From Haliotis cracherodii (lineage: Eukaryota): DNA of 64,000 nucleotides. Under the pieces are notes generated by a model, which was not told where the DNA came from, did no database searches, and saw only the letters and a list, made by a program, of their open reading frames with translations. A program made the translations under genes and the position numbers. The stretch is taken from the NCBI RefSeq assembly GCF_022045235.1, contig NW_027266267.1, positions 9,796,001 to 9,860,000 on the forward strand, given 5' to 3'. This document shows positions 25,455 to 38,448 of this stretch, one piece after another. The first letter of the stretch is position 1; every line of letters starts with the position of its first letter.

Positions 25455-27040
25455 AAGCTTTACGATCACAGACACGTTTCCTCATGTGAGTCTGCCTCGT
25501 GTGAGATAATGATTTAGATTTGCACATTTAGAAGGTGTAGCCGAACGGTGTATGAGAGTCTCCGTCTTCTTTTTAATTGGCTTTATTTTCTGTCTCAGGG
25601 GTCGAGTTTTTGTTGTTATGAGGTTGCTTAGTAATGGGTTTGTGCAATGTTGTAGTTTAGTGTAATGTGTTTGCTTTCAAAATGGGAGGGCTATTTCCCT
25701 AATCAACTTTCAGGGAGATTTGAATGCAGTGCCTGATATTGTACCTAGTGACATTGAAAGCGCTTTGTATTGTATTGAATCTAATTGTTTTTTGTGAGAG
25801 TGCGTCCTATGCGGATGCGGCGTATTCTATAATGGGTCGGATGAACGTTTTGTAGATGGTACATTTGTAAGTAGCGTGTGTAGGTCTGCTCCCAAGCTTG
25901 TACCCCGTGCTGCGCTTTAGGTTGAGATCACGGCTGCATTTTGTGATGATGTGTTTAAATGGGGTGTGTATGTTAAGTGGTCTAGTATTCGTCCTAGGAA
26001 TTTTGTTTGTGTGCTTTAGTGTGTTTGGAGTTATTTAGTGTTAAGGATGGGGAGTTGTTTTGCATGTAAGGTGTTTTGAAACGTATGACCAATGTTTTGT
26101 CAGTATTGGTTTTGAAACCCCATGGTATTTGCCCATGTGTCAATATCATTGAGTGCGTGTGGTGAATTGTATGTTCTTTAATAGTATAGATTCTTGAATA
26201 GCTATCATTTGTGGGTTGAGCTTATTCAGTTTTATTTGTGACTTTATTCATTGGATTTAGGTATGATGCCATTGCATCCCACTGGATTATATGCATGACG
26301 AGTAGTCGTATGAGAATGTGTATTCCGGTGTGTGGTGTCCCATCATAGTTCGGTGGATATCATGTTGTGTTAAAATGTGCGAACGGGAGGGTACATAGTG
26401 AGGTTTAGAGAAGATACAGGTGAATTGTGTCTATTGTGTCATGTGACGATGTGTACGACGTGGCCGGGGTGTCAAATTCCCTGTCGTACCAGTTGTAGAT
26501 TTTGGAGTTTAGATTTCTTGCGGGGGCAGGGAGGTCAGATGCCATCAAGTGTTTATGTAAAAGTACGTTCGGTTTTGTCGGACAGGAGTTTGAAAAGGTG
26601 GTATGATTATACTGATCACAGTTTATACAGTAGAGTTGTAGATTGCACTCAGAGGTATTATGTCTCGGAGCTGCATTTGGAACATTTGTCCCGATGTTTA
26701 CAATTTGATTGTGCATGTCCACAAATGAGGCAGATAGTGCATTGGGCTGTATTGCTGCTGGTTTCTGCACTTTTAAAAAGATTAATAAATAAAAAGAGAT
26801 TGATATTTAAAAAAAAATGATAGTTGAGGTGTTCATTAGGGGACCTTGTGATTTTTTCGTGGTGACCTTATAAGGAATTCTTCAGTCTTTTTTGAGGGGC
26901 ATTTGTCTTTCTGTTTATCAAGGGATATGGTTGAGATTGATGCCTCTGGTGTGCACGGTGAGTGGTTATAAGGTGTTAGTGTTGATCGCGAGGACGGACT
27001 GCTCTAGCTTGAATTCAGCTGCGACCGCCGAGTGACATCG
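25455..27040 (-). mobile_element. Internally deleted I/Jockey-group LINE remnant (ORF1 zinc knuckles plus RT C-terminus)
   Basis: Minus-strand translation gives three CCHC knuckles (QCTICLICGHAQSNC; CSKC..HNTSEC across a frameshift; CINCDQYNH..SCP) at ~26550-26750, and RT C-terminal motifs (TKFLGRILD, GADLHTLL, QLDSIQYKAL) at ~25720-26160. Confidence 0.75.
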
Positions 27041-27558
27041 AATCCCGGTAATGGTCTGTGTTGTTGAAAGAGTTAAGTAAATACTTCTGTCACATGCTAG
27101 TTTGATACTTCCGGTGGAAAAGGGAAGGTTGTGTTTGAAACGCACAATTATTCAGGTCTGTTGCTTGTAGAATATCTGAAAAATATATACTTCTGATGCA
27201 TCTGCATGAAATATATTATGCTGTTAATGTTGAAACGGAAATCAATCTGTCTATGTATTTATCTTTCCATTGGGAGTGTGAAAAATGTCGATAATGTTGT
27301 GTGTGCAGAGAAAATGCTGACATAGAAGTTTCGTAATTAGGATTTGTATTAAAAGGATCCTTTTCAAATGTTGTTTGTCCCAAGTGTAGAACAAACTGAG
27401 GGCCTAACATCTTCATTATGACGTGTACAAATCACTTCAAATGAGATCTCATCATCATTCTAGGTGTCATGAAGCAGTTGTGCTTGTGCATTCAAACAAA
27501 AGGTTCTACATGTGAAGTCAGAGCTATCCGACTGTTCTGGAAGAGTTAGACGTTTACC

Positions 27559-30500
27559 ATGGCAATGCCTGACATCTTAGGAACTACTCTTCTGTTTATA
27601 CAAGGTGGGTTAATGCCTTTGTAAGTAGTACCTTTTTCTGACACCTTAGTTTTTACAGTAATGACTATTTGGTGCTTTTAACTGCCTGAAGTCTTCCCAT
27701 AGTCTCTTGTAAAGTAATAGTGTTTAATAGCAAGTATCAGTTTTATGTTCTCGTGTTACAATTAATGCTTCAAAGAAATATTGAATTAGTATTGTTTTAT
27801 TTTAGTGTATAAGTGATGCCATGGGTCTGTGGCTAAAATATATTGGTATTACTTTACCTCTTCAAAATAGCATGGCGCAGTTGTGAACGAAATACAAATA
27901 ATTTTGGTGAGTTACCATTGGCCTCTGTGCCTCGGGTACATGGATTTGATTCTGCTCTGTCTCTTTACAAAATAAGGAACACGATGGCCAAGGTAATTGG
28001 ATTGTTAACATATCATGATGAACATTTGCAGAAAATATACAAACAGTTTTTTTGTGAGTTGCTACTGGATTTGCCAGGAGACCCTGATCATGATGGATAT
28101 ACAGTTTATAATCGAAATGGTGGTGGTAGTTGGTTGGGTTTACATTACAAGTCCTTCGGGCCCCGCCCATACACCTCATTATAATATCATACATGGTCCT
28201 CCTCAAATGGTTATTCATGCAAATCAAAGTATATGTGAGTTGTGGGTTGAAACTCTACATCACTTAAAATATACAAACTCAATGAAAGTAGGGTATCATA
28301 AAATATAAATGTCAATACCCAGTATTACATCAAAGATATGTGGGGACAAACAAAATTCTGTGCAAGAACGTTTATGTCTGTAAAATGTAAAAACGACACA
28401 CATCATAATGTTTGCACGTTTCTCAGGCACCTGTAACATACATACGTAGGATGTTTTTTTCTGATTTGGACACTTTGAAGAAACTTCAATTAATCACTGT
28501 GGACCATTAATTCTGTCAATCTGATTCATTCGGTCAGGATAATATTAATGAACACTGAATTGACATATTCTCATTGTCAGGATAAATTACCAGAACACTA
28601 TCGTCGCTTTTGGCAATATCATATAACAATAGCCTTGCGTCATTCACGTGCTTTATGTCATCTTGGTTGTTTTCTATCAGTTTGTTTTAATGAGTCAATT
28701 TATCCTGCTCTCACAGAATAAATCCAAATACAGTAAGAATAGTAGAGTCAGTAGTATTAAATAGGATTAACATGGGACACAGACATGATTGAAATTAGAA
28801 ACGTCTGGTTTCACGTCTTGTCTGGGGTTCAATTGTCGCCCCACATAGCATATCACATATAATAACATACCCAGCAATTAGATGGTTATGGAGTCACACA
28901 TCAAATCACAACTTGCAACTATTTCTCGGAGGTCCACGCCCGACTCAAGCCCATCGATATTCTAATAATTTACGTCAGGGTAAGCGTTAACATTGGCCAT
29001 CCTATTAAATGTGTGATGAGAAACAGTAATAGAGAACACCTATTTCCTATGGCTTGAGACAAATAGTTAATATTGAACGAGATTTGCAATTGCAGAGAAC
29101 GTTCTTAACTCCCTGGTACAACCAGATAAAGTTAACCAACTTGAGTTCGATGAATAAGGTATAACAAAATAATACAAAATGAATTCTTGTTCCGTAAAAT
29201 ATATTAATGTTTCTATACTTTCAGCATATTGGTATCTTGGGTTCACGCAAGCCGTCTCTGGTACAGGGAACCGCACCAGTTTCTCCTTTGAAATGGACAA
29301 GTCACCGACGGCAATCATTGTCGGGCACACACCAGGTTAACATTTAATAGCTTTGATACTATTTATAAGAATATCCTTTATACTTGTGCCACATAGCTGA
29401 GCCATTCTACCTCAGTCCTGATTTTTTTACCCAATTATGTCGCCAGATTATTAGGTATTCTTTGGTAGTTACTTGAATTGGTGCTTACCGACCGTCATGT
29501 AACCAGATATTTTCATATACTGAGAGAAATTGCGTGACATATATTTCGTAGAGAAAACCTAAGCAGAAAAACGTGTTTGCAGTTGTACTGTATTAAAGTT
29601 GATAATACCCTAAATATATCAGTTACCATTGAAAGGCTTCATTGACGCCAGAATTAACATTGCTCAGATTCACAACAGTCTCATAACATTGTTATATTGT
29701 TTAAATTCATGATTACATCTTCCCATTACCCTCAGAATATTTATTTTAAGATTCGCAAATAGACAACATCATCCGAACAATTTCACGGCGGAGGAAAGTC
29801 ATAATTGTGGATGTCGATGCCTTTCCCAGCACCATATCGTCCCACATGTCAACAGTCATGTTGTATGAAAATCTGGAATCTATCAAAAGAAATCTCAAGT
29901 TTCTCGTTATAGCTGACGTTGACACTATTCGTCCTTTACTACAAAAGGTATTTCGATATATGCAAGGCGTGATGTTGATTTGTGATTGAACACATCATGA
30001 TAGTAATCATAAATACATTTGTAAGGCTGACCACGCTATTTCTGCATAACATTCAAACACATGAATACATGCAACATTGAGAGCACAATATCAAGGAGGA
30101 CATGAAGCATGACCCAGTCAATTACATATATTATCATTTAGATAGTACATTGTAAGTAATTAATGTCACACTGATCTTATACCTCTCCAGGTGATTTTAA
30201 ACCTGTGCGACCACTACAGTATGATAACATTACATCTTTACAGACTTTAATGTCAGCAATGATGGGGAGTGATGTTGAATGCTATTTTTAAATGGAGATC
30301 TGAAGCATGGTGTTAATTCGAATTTATACCTCCCTGATGCATGCCTTGAATCAGGTATCACATTGAGCCATTAAAGGAATTCAATGCTATAAGCTTCAAC
30401 TCCAAACTGAACACCATAAAGTAAGGCAAATAGTCCAGTTTTAATGCAACTACCGTTTTTTCTCTTTAATATATTCTCACACATTTCCTCCAACCACAGC

Positions 30501-33500
30501 TTGACATCATATAAATTGCATGGCATATTATTCGCTTTAAGAGATTTAGAAAGGTGATTTCGTTTTGTCAGAGGAATGCAAAGGCAAGTTGAAATCTCTG
30601 AAAAGAACATTTTTTGTTTCTCAATATCAAGGTGGAAAGAAATATGACGCAGTTCAAACTATGAGAATAACTCAAGTTGGTAACGAAAAGCAAATATGAC
30701 GTTTCAACAAATACATCTAGCTTATTCCAACAGTCCGCCCATCTGTCCTGAACAGGCTCAGCAGCTTGATAGCGACATTGGAGCAGGCTTTCTTCTTCGA
30801 CACTTCTCCAGATGGCTGGTAGTGTTGACAACGGGAGCGGTAGATGCATTGATCATCGACGACATTGTGTTGGACAACGTTGCTGTAACAACGATTGACA
30901 ACATCAGTGGCAGCATATGCAGGGTATGTTTGGCATGCCTTCATACTCGTCATTACCCTCACAACAGGTTATTAAACATAACAGTATTTGTGTATTACTG
31001 GAATATACTCCAAAGAAAAGATGCACCAGGGTAAAAGACACACACATTTGTCAAAGCAGCATTTCAATGAATTGAACTGATCATAACTATGCAATCAGTG
31101 AAAATATGATTTGACAAATGGTTAAGATGTTCCACATTATTTTCAGTAACTTCAAACATTCACTGTTACCTTTGCCTTTAATTCATAAACTTGCTTTAAG
31201 TTTGTGTTACTTCAGAGTGTACGTTTTAAGTTGGCTTTAGTCTCTTGTACTCAAATGTAGGCATTATATGCTCCAGGCAACTGGGTTGAGCTGACTGTAT
31301 GTCTGTGCTTAGTGGATCGACTGACTGACTGACTGACTAATAGTTTCATTAAATGAATCTATCGTTTGCGACACCAGACAAGTAAATTAATTTAAAGGGA
31401 TATTCGACAGCACGATAATATGTCCTATATATGTTATTTATGTAAGAAAAAAATGTGTTCTCAGAACATCTCCTTGCTACAAACTGTGATGTGGAAGAAC
31501 GCGTCACGACAACTGCAGCTGGTTTCACAAGAACCTACAAAAGATCCTTCGTCTCGTGTTTTTCCGAACACTGAAACTGGTTTGAATGGGAGGGTCCTGA
31601 AGGCAGCAGTATTACCGGTTGGTCTGTTGCTTACAGGAATGTCACACCCTGATAATAAAAAGCAAATATAAATGCACACGGGATGAGTGAGCAAGTGAGT
31701 GGTGTTTAACGCCGCTTTGAAAAGTATGTTTGTTATATCAAGGCCTGGTGTCATTATTTGAGATGCAAGTAACTATGCACAAGGTGCAAGGTCTTCGTCC
31801 GCTATTTCTTTCAACCTTGACCATATTCATTAAACTGCTCTCTCAAATGTCCTTTGGGGAAGAAAAATGTGTACCACAGTCGACTCTTAGTACTTTTCCA
31901 TCAATATCTTAATGCTTCACTGTTTTCCTTAATGCTTCATTTTGAATGATGGTTTTAACTAATAAAAACAAAGCTCATCAATTTGTCTCATGTTTTGTTT
32001 CAGTGGTTTTCATGCAGGCTAAATAATGAAACCAAAACCTTCTCTGGACCCTGCAAGAAAATCATCTTTCATCTGTCAAGGGTGTTAAACTTCAGGTAAC
32101 GTTTTTCGAAACTTTGACACAGGAACACGAAAAAGTTCTTTGCATATTATACCATGCATATTTCATTGTCTTGAAAATGGAAAAGGAAAGTTGACTCTCG
32201 TAAAGTTGAAGCCAGCTTTCTTATCTTACAGTATTGTGGAAGGTATTTTGGTACACTGAATCTTTATCCTTAGATGTAAATATGAATAAACAGTCACACT
32301 GGTATCCTTTATTTCAGTGGGTAAATCAGTGGAAGGGAATTGGCTATTTGATAGTTATTTATTGACAACAGGTATCCGATATACCTCGACTTTCAGTAAA
32401 CAATTACCTTGTTTTGACTTTTGCAGACCGAGCAGAAATTCCGATTTATATGCACAAAAAGCAGGAAACTAAGATAAGCAAGGAGAGAAGCATCATTGGT
32501 TCCCATAGGGATGCCTACTTCTTACCTACCAAATTTTACATAGGTGTTATCAGTGAGGAAGTAGAATATTTCACACATTGTTTTCACAGTAGACGTTAGA
32601 TTGCAAATAAATTTCACAGCGCTTTGTGCGATTCCAACGATATCAGGTGCACGTGTTTATGAATCACAATCAAATTATGGTGATACCACGTGTTGTCGAA
32701 AAGATGAATCTTGAAAGCCATGTGCCAATATGTTCTTTCTCTTCTTGGCAACAAATATGGGGTAATGTTGATGTATATATTCAGGGAAGTGATTTACATC
32801 AGTCGGGATATCACACTTTTAGATTTACAAATATATGCAGAAATAATGAACAGTTCATATATTTTATGGAACATTCAGTTCTATTTATGTTCTTTCCAGC
32901 TATACATACATTGAGCCCGAAGATCAGTCATGGGGAAAATATGACAACGGCACATGGGATGGAATCATGGGACTGTTGGTAAACAAGGTATGGTGTGAAA
33001 AAAAAAATCGTGTCAATTCAATTCAGTTCTTTTTGTATGAAAGGCCACAGTCTCATATTCAACGGATTTCCATAACATAATTTTAGAAGATTCACTTCAT
33101 AACAAAAACGCATGATGTGTTTTTATGTTGTTTTAGAGTAACTAAGCAGGATAGTAATGAAGACAATCTTATTGTAAACAAGGTAAATGTAATGTATAAA
33201 AAATAGATATTGGTGTCCAATTGATTTGGCACCCGACGTCACAAGACATTCGTTGATTCGGTTGTTCCAATGAAGTTGTTTCAAGACGACATGCAGTTGC
33301 GGTATTGGATCTTTGGAATATCATCACAATAAGCAATACTAACATATAACACTACATTTCATCACAACTAATGATGCTCGTGCATGCTATTAGCAATCAT
33401 ACAACCTACTGTGGTATATCGTAGATAAGAAAATGTTATCGATCGGTAAACCAATCCCACAAACCAGTAATTATCTAAAACGTGTGAAAATGAGGGCACT

Positions 33501-36500
33501 TACCAGAACTAATGTCATACATTAGTGATAAAGGATTTATGTACTGCTTATCTTTGTCGTTGCTAATATGTGATATTTACGTATTATGTCATACATGTAC
33601 ATATAATCAGCAATAAACATAAACTTCAAGAGCATACACGGTTGTAACTTTCCATTTCCTACAACCAGTTTGGTATATGGAACGTAACAATGTACGCAAA
33701 CACTGGAAAAACGTTTGGGTTATCTCGTTTTACTTTTTAATATTCATGAAAATATTGTTTGTCACTTCTGAAACCACATAATACAAAGAAGTCTTGAAAC
33801 TATAATATTTTGGCAAGTTATATGTCATTGTGAAAGTGAAATATTTATGCACAGTTAACCCGTTTAGTATATAATTATATAAGAAAGAGTTTCATGAAGT
33901 TGAGAAAAGTGATATTTTCATTGCAGTGAACATAACACCTGATATTTCACGGGTCCCCCTCAAATTGTGTCACTTTATCCTATGTGTTACGTCAGTTCCA
34001 CACTGACAAGGCAAAGATCGACAGATGGTCATTTATGTAGTTAATATTGCCCCTTGCCGCTTGTTATTCTCTCGAAAATGTGTCTGATTCCCAGTCAAAC
34101 TAAATTGTGAGGGCTTCAATGATCATGCTTGTGTTTCTGAAATGAATGGATACAATGGTAAGCTCAGAAGGTCGTGCAGTCTTGGAAAACAGAAACAGTT
34201 GATGGAATTTACTGAAATGATGGTTGCAGAAGTAGGTTTCGTTAGACTTACATAGGCTGTTGATTTAAAGAGAACACAAGCCATTCTTAATATATGCATG
34301 TACATGCAACAACAAAGTCTTGTTTGATGCAGTTGAATTGCCATAAACTTTCAGGAATAAAAATAACCACACAGAGATCATTATTCGTTTGCGATACGAG
34401 CCACTGACGTATCCGATGTTTCTCATTTTAATCGTTTCAGACAGTTGACATATCGGCAGTGCCTTATGTTGCGAGTCATCTGAGATCACACTTCGTGACA
34501 TTTCTGTATCCAATCAGATACACCTATAAAGACATCCTCTACAAAAAACCTGACTCCCGCGTCAACTGGACAGTACTGCTATCCTGTTTCAAGTGGCAGG
34601 TCTATGTATGTGTTTTGGTGACACTTGTTGGGGTGATTACTTCCTTTCTCATGTGCAAGAGATTTCCTGTCCATCAACATGGGCGCAGCAATCAGGATGG
34701 CCATCAGACCCTAGAGGCAATAATGTCGACCATCGGAGTTACATGCAATCAAGGTAAAGGTACAACGCTACTGTTTTGTTATATAAGATCAGAGATTACA
34801 TGTATACTGGAGTGAAAGCTATAATACCATTTCAAATATAATAGGAACCCTCATTCATAGTGTATCTTCACCAAACGGCTGTGCCCACTGTTTCCTCGGG
34901 CGCCTGTGTGCCACAGTCAGATGAATTCCCCTGAAATGCTGTTCGATTTAAGACACGAAGTTATCAATCTTATTCGTGTCGTTGACATTGAATGTCGGAT
35001 TACTGAAGCAGCCCTAGATATGTCCCACAGTTCTGGTGCAGAAATGAATGTTTTCCCTCAACACAATGGTGGGTAGATATCGTTCCCGCCCTGGTAGTTG
35101 TCTTTTTAGGTCTTCCCCCGCCAAACCCTTATCTTAGCCCCAACCATTTGCCACTTTTAGATTTATCAAAGTGCCTGTCAATTGCATTCTGTGATTGGCC
35201 AGTTTCAATCATGCCTCGATTTTTTTTATTTTCTGTCATGTACACGTTTGGGGGCCTTTACCGTTGCTGTACCCGATCAATGAACCGTATAGTTGTAACG
35301 TTTATTGGCATATGCATGTAACAAAGATGTGTCACCATGGAATACATGTTTGACGTGTGCAGTGTCAACGTTGAGCGAGTGTTCTATCCGCGTTCAGCAA
35401 CTGTGTCTCTTGCAACAAAACTAGTCGTTCAATTCTTATTGCTGACATGACTGGGGTTTCCTTTAATGGTATTCCATGTATACTGGTAACCATGCATATT
35501 CAATGCAAAATGATATTTCCTTGCTAGACGAAATTGTTACACCATTATCCTAACATAGAAGTTATATACGTCAAGGGATATGATTGCCAATTACCTATTG
35601 CTGATTAGTTTATATAAAACATGCCGATATTCTCGTGCTGTGATAATTTGCTTGTTAAATCTATTGTAAGGGAAAACATCTGCAAACTTTTCGGCAATTA
35701 GATTACCAAAAGAGAATATGCACATTAACGATTACAGGGTCGTCTACACTGCCACACTCAGTGTCCAATCGGACCCTCCTCGCATTTTGGTGGCTGTGTT
35801 GTATTCCCATCACGGCAGTGTATTCTGGGAACCTGGTTGCCTTCCTAACTGTGACCAAGGACAATGTCCCATTCACGGGTCTAGATGATCTGCTCGACAG
35901 TGGCTATGATATTGGAATTGAAACCGGATCATACGTCGCAGAGATCTTCAGTGTAAGTGCTGTATTCTCCATCAAATCTTTTTTTCTACCACAATACAGG
36001 TCTGTGCCACAAAACTTCCTTGGAAATTCTCGTCATATCATATAAAGAATGCACTGATTCTTAACCATCTCGATGCATATGTAACACGTTGCCTTTGTTA
36101 TATGAATCCTATTTTAATTGACACCTTTGAATACGTATTGCAGATGTACATCATTGATTCACCAGTTACCTTGTTTTCCAAATAAACACTGCTAATTGAC
36201 TTGCAATGTAAACACAAATGTTGTTCACATTTTAATCCATTTTCAAATGTTTATTGACAGTATTGTTACAGTAATCTTCTCGAGCTGGTAATCATCTTGT
36301 AAGGAGTGAATGAGTGAGTTGAGTTTAACGCCGCTTTTAACATTATTCCAGTTATATCACGTCCTGTCAGCATAGTGTGGGAGGAAAGCCCGAAGTGACG
36401 CAGGTCTAAGACGTTTACCACTTCGGTGAAACCCACGAGCACGGGTATGGTGCTGACAAACCTAGAAACATCATTGGGGCGAACCGGGATTCGAACCCAC

Positions 36501-37932
36501 AATCCTTGGTTTCTGGCGTGCCCAAGGGACGCAACTCTGCACAGCGAATCGCGGCGCCTTAGACGAATGGGTCACCCGTGCCCCCCATCTTGTAAGGAAA
36601 ATCATGCCAGTATAGAGAGAGGAATTTGGAGATTAGGACTGATATACAGAATAGACATGGTCACGGATAGAAGCACTCAGAGTTTAAATAATGTAGTATT
36701 AAGCAAGCATAGCTTGCTTGTGAAATAAAAGGCAGTTGATACAGAGTTACGGCGTACGCAGGTGCTCAGAGTCCCATGCCCTTTGTATTGATGTTGCTGT
36801 TATGGAGCTCTGTATGCAATTCTTGACGACTTATTCAAACAAATGATACTTACACATTCGTGATTGCCATTTGATTGTAGGGGTCGAACGACTCTGTCAA
36901 GAAACAAATCTGGAAAAAGAACAGGGAGCACCAACCTGACAACCTCACTAGTGAGGAGGACATAATGTACCACAGGACCAGACTAGCTGAAGGGCGGTAT
37001 GCTTTCATAACGGACATCGACGTTATCAACAACTACATGGTTGAAACATGTGAAATGGCTCACACAATGGAACATATATTTCATACAATGTCTTCACTGA
37101 TTGTACCAAAAGACTCTCCTCTTGCCTTGTTAATTGATCCAGAGTGAGTTTACATATGAAAGTAAAACTAACAAAACACTTTATGAAGCCATATGCAATC
37201 TACCTTCATATTGTTTTATATTTTTGCAAACACCTGGTATCAGCACTATTTGATAATGATTCAAAAACACATAAATCTGACCATATTATAACTATGTGAA
37301 GAATTGTGTACCCAAGCCATTGATAATTTGAATTCTAGCAAGCTGATATCACTGGTGGATGATGGGATTATTGATAAGTGTGTATAAAATCCAATCATGT
37401 CCAAGACCAAACGCCCTTAAAGTGATTGAAATGATGATTTTGTACATGTACTCAGTCTGCCCAAAGAGTTCACTGCCACCACAGGGTAGAATCTTACAGT
37501 GTATCCCACATGTGTAGACTTGTTTCACGTTAACAAACGATTTAACTTGACATACTGACTCTCACCTTCTTGATGTTAATATGTTTAAAACGGTAAGGTG
37601 TTTGTGTGTTTCGCATAGGTAAGTTCAAAACCGCAATGCCAAAGAAGCAGTTTTCTGCATTCCTCAATCATTTTTATTTTCATCCTAACAGACTGATGGT
37701 CCTGGTGGAGCGTGGGGTTATTGACAAGTGGTACGAGCTCCCCAACCTAGACGAGAAGGTGTGTTCATCAAAGGAGGGAGAAAATAATGGCCTGAAACTG
37801 AGGGATTTGTTCACAGTTTTATTTGTTGCTGGATGTGGCGTGGGGCTAGCTGCTTTTGTTTTAGTGTTTGAGATATGTAAATATAAAGTACTATCTCACA
37901 TGAAATGGACTCCGGAGGGAAAAGGACTGTGA
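27559..37932 (+). CDS. Ionotropic receptor (IR / variant iGluR), paralog A, 628 aa, 11 coding exons
   Basis: Exons 27559-27604, 29225-29335, 29751-29947, 30756-30923, 31465-31617, 32004-32095, 32900-32987, 34441-34753, 35738-35952, 36881-37143, 37692-37932 total 1887 nt, all GT-AG, with no internal stop. Motifs: FPN..GLNGRVLK, LNFSY, WG..NGTWDGIMG (S1), M1, pore TCNQG, M3 YSGNLVAFLT, S2 YAFITD, M4 ..VFEI. The short N-terminus (~200 aa) is IR-like. Confidence 0.92.
28077..28310 (+). mobile_element. Possible LINE endonuclease fragment in IR-A intron 1
   Basis: DGYTVYNRNGGG and ELWVE resemble APE-endonuclease motifs. Intron similarity to paralog B stops at ~28076. Confidence 0.35.
36306..36585 (-). 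mobile_element. Full-length SINE (tRNA-Leu-like head, V-like core) in IR-A intron 9
   Basis: 13-bp target-site duplication CATCTTGTAAGGA (36293-36305 / 36586-36598). Inverted copy of 3535-3806; absent from the equivalent intron of paralog B. Confidence 0.9.
37339..37650 (+). pseudogene. Decayed duplicate of the IR terminal exon (pseudo-exon) in paralog A
   Basis: Reads KLISLVDDGIIDKCV* (functional exon: LMVLVERGVIDKWYE) and later LDILTLTFLMLIC..VCVFRIGKFK (functional M4 end: VLVFEICKYK). Confidence 0.65.
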
Positions 37933-37992
37933 TCCTAAATATCATTATTTTCCAGAGAGCAAAACATATCCAGACGCATATTGCGAGCTACA

Positions 37993-38009
37993 ACACACAC
38001 ACACACACA

Positions 38010-38049
<40 letters not shown>

Positions 38050-38058
38050 CACACACAC
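37993..38058. repeat. Compound (CA)n(CGCA)n microsatellite in IR-A 3' region
   Basis: Direct reading of the sequence. Confidence 0.95.
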
Positions 38059-38448
38059 GTGCATGCACATTGCTACATTAGTGTAAAAATATTAAGCGAC
38101 TTCTCATACTGGCTCAGATGTCCCATGCCACACGGGAGAACTTCACTGTGTAGAATGCCTACGGGATCGTCGATCAAACTTTATATGTATCAGAATAGCA
38201 TTTACCTTGGAATTGTGGCTGCATAGGACTATCACTATGCCAACACGTGGTGAGAACGTGGTCAACTGTTTAAATCTTAAATATAAGAGCGACCTTCAGT
38301 TTTACCTTGTGTGGAGGAGACATGGGACTTGTTCTTACTTTGTCCAGTCGATCTCTTGCTTGTACTTTCCATAACCAACACCAGAACAAAGTAGTCGTGA
38401 GCCCGATGTACTTGATGTATATTATTTGATTCACAACCAAAATATTAT

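Noticed and set aside
30568-30962. Minus-strand ORFs conserved between 30.7 kb and 50.3 kb
   Set aside because: They are antisense shadows of IR exon 4.
36470-36585. tRNA-Leu gene (minus strand)
   Set aside because: It is the head of a TSD-flanked SINE, and the cloverleaf is not canonical.
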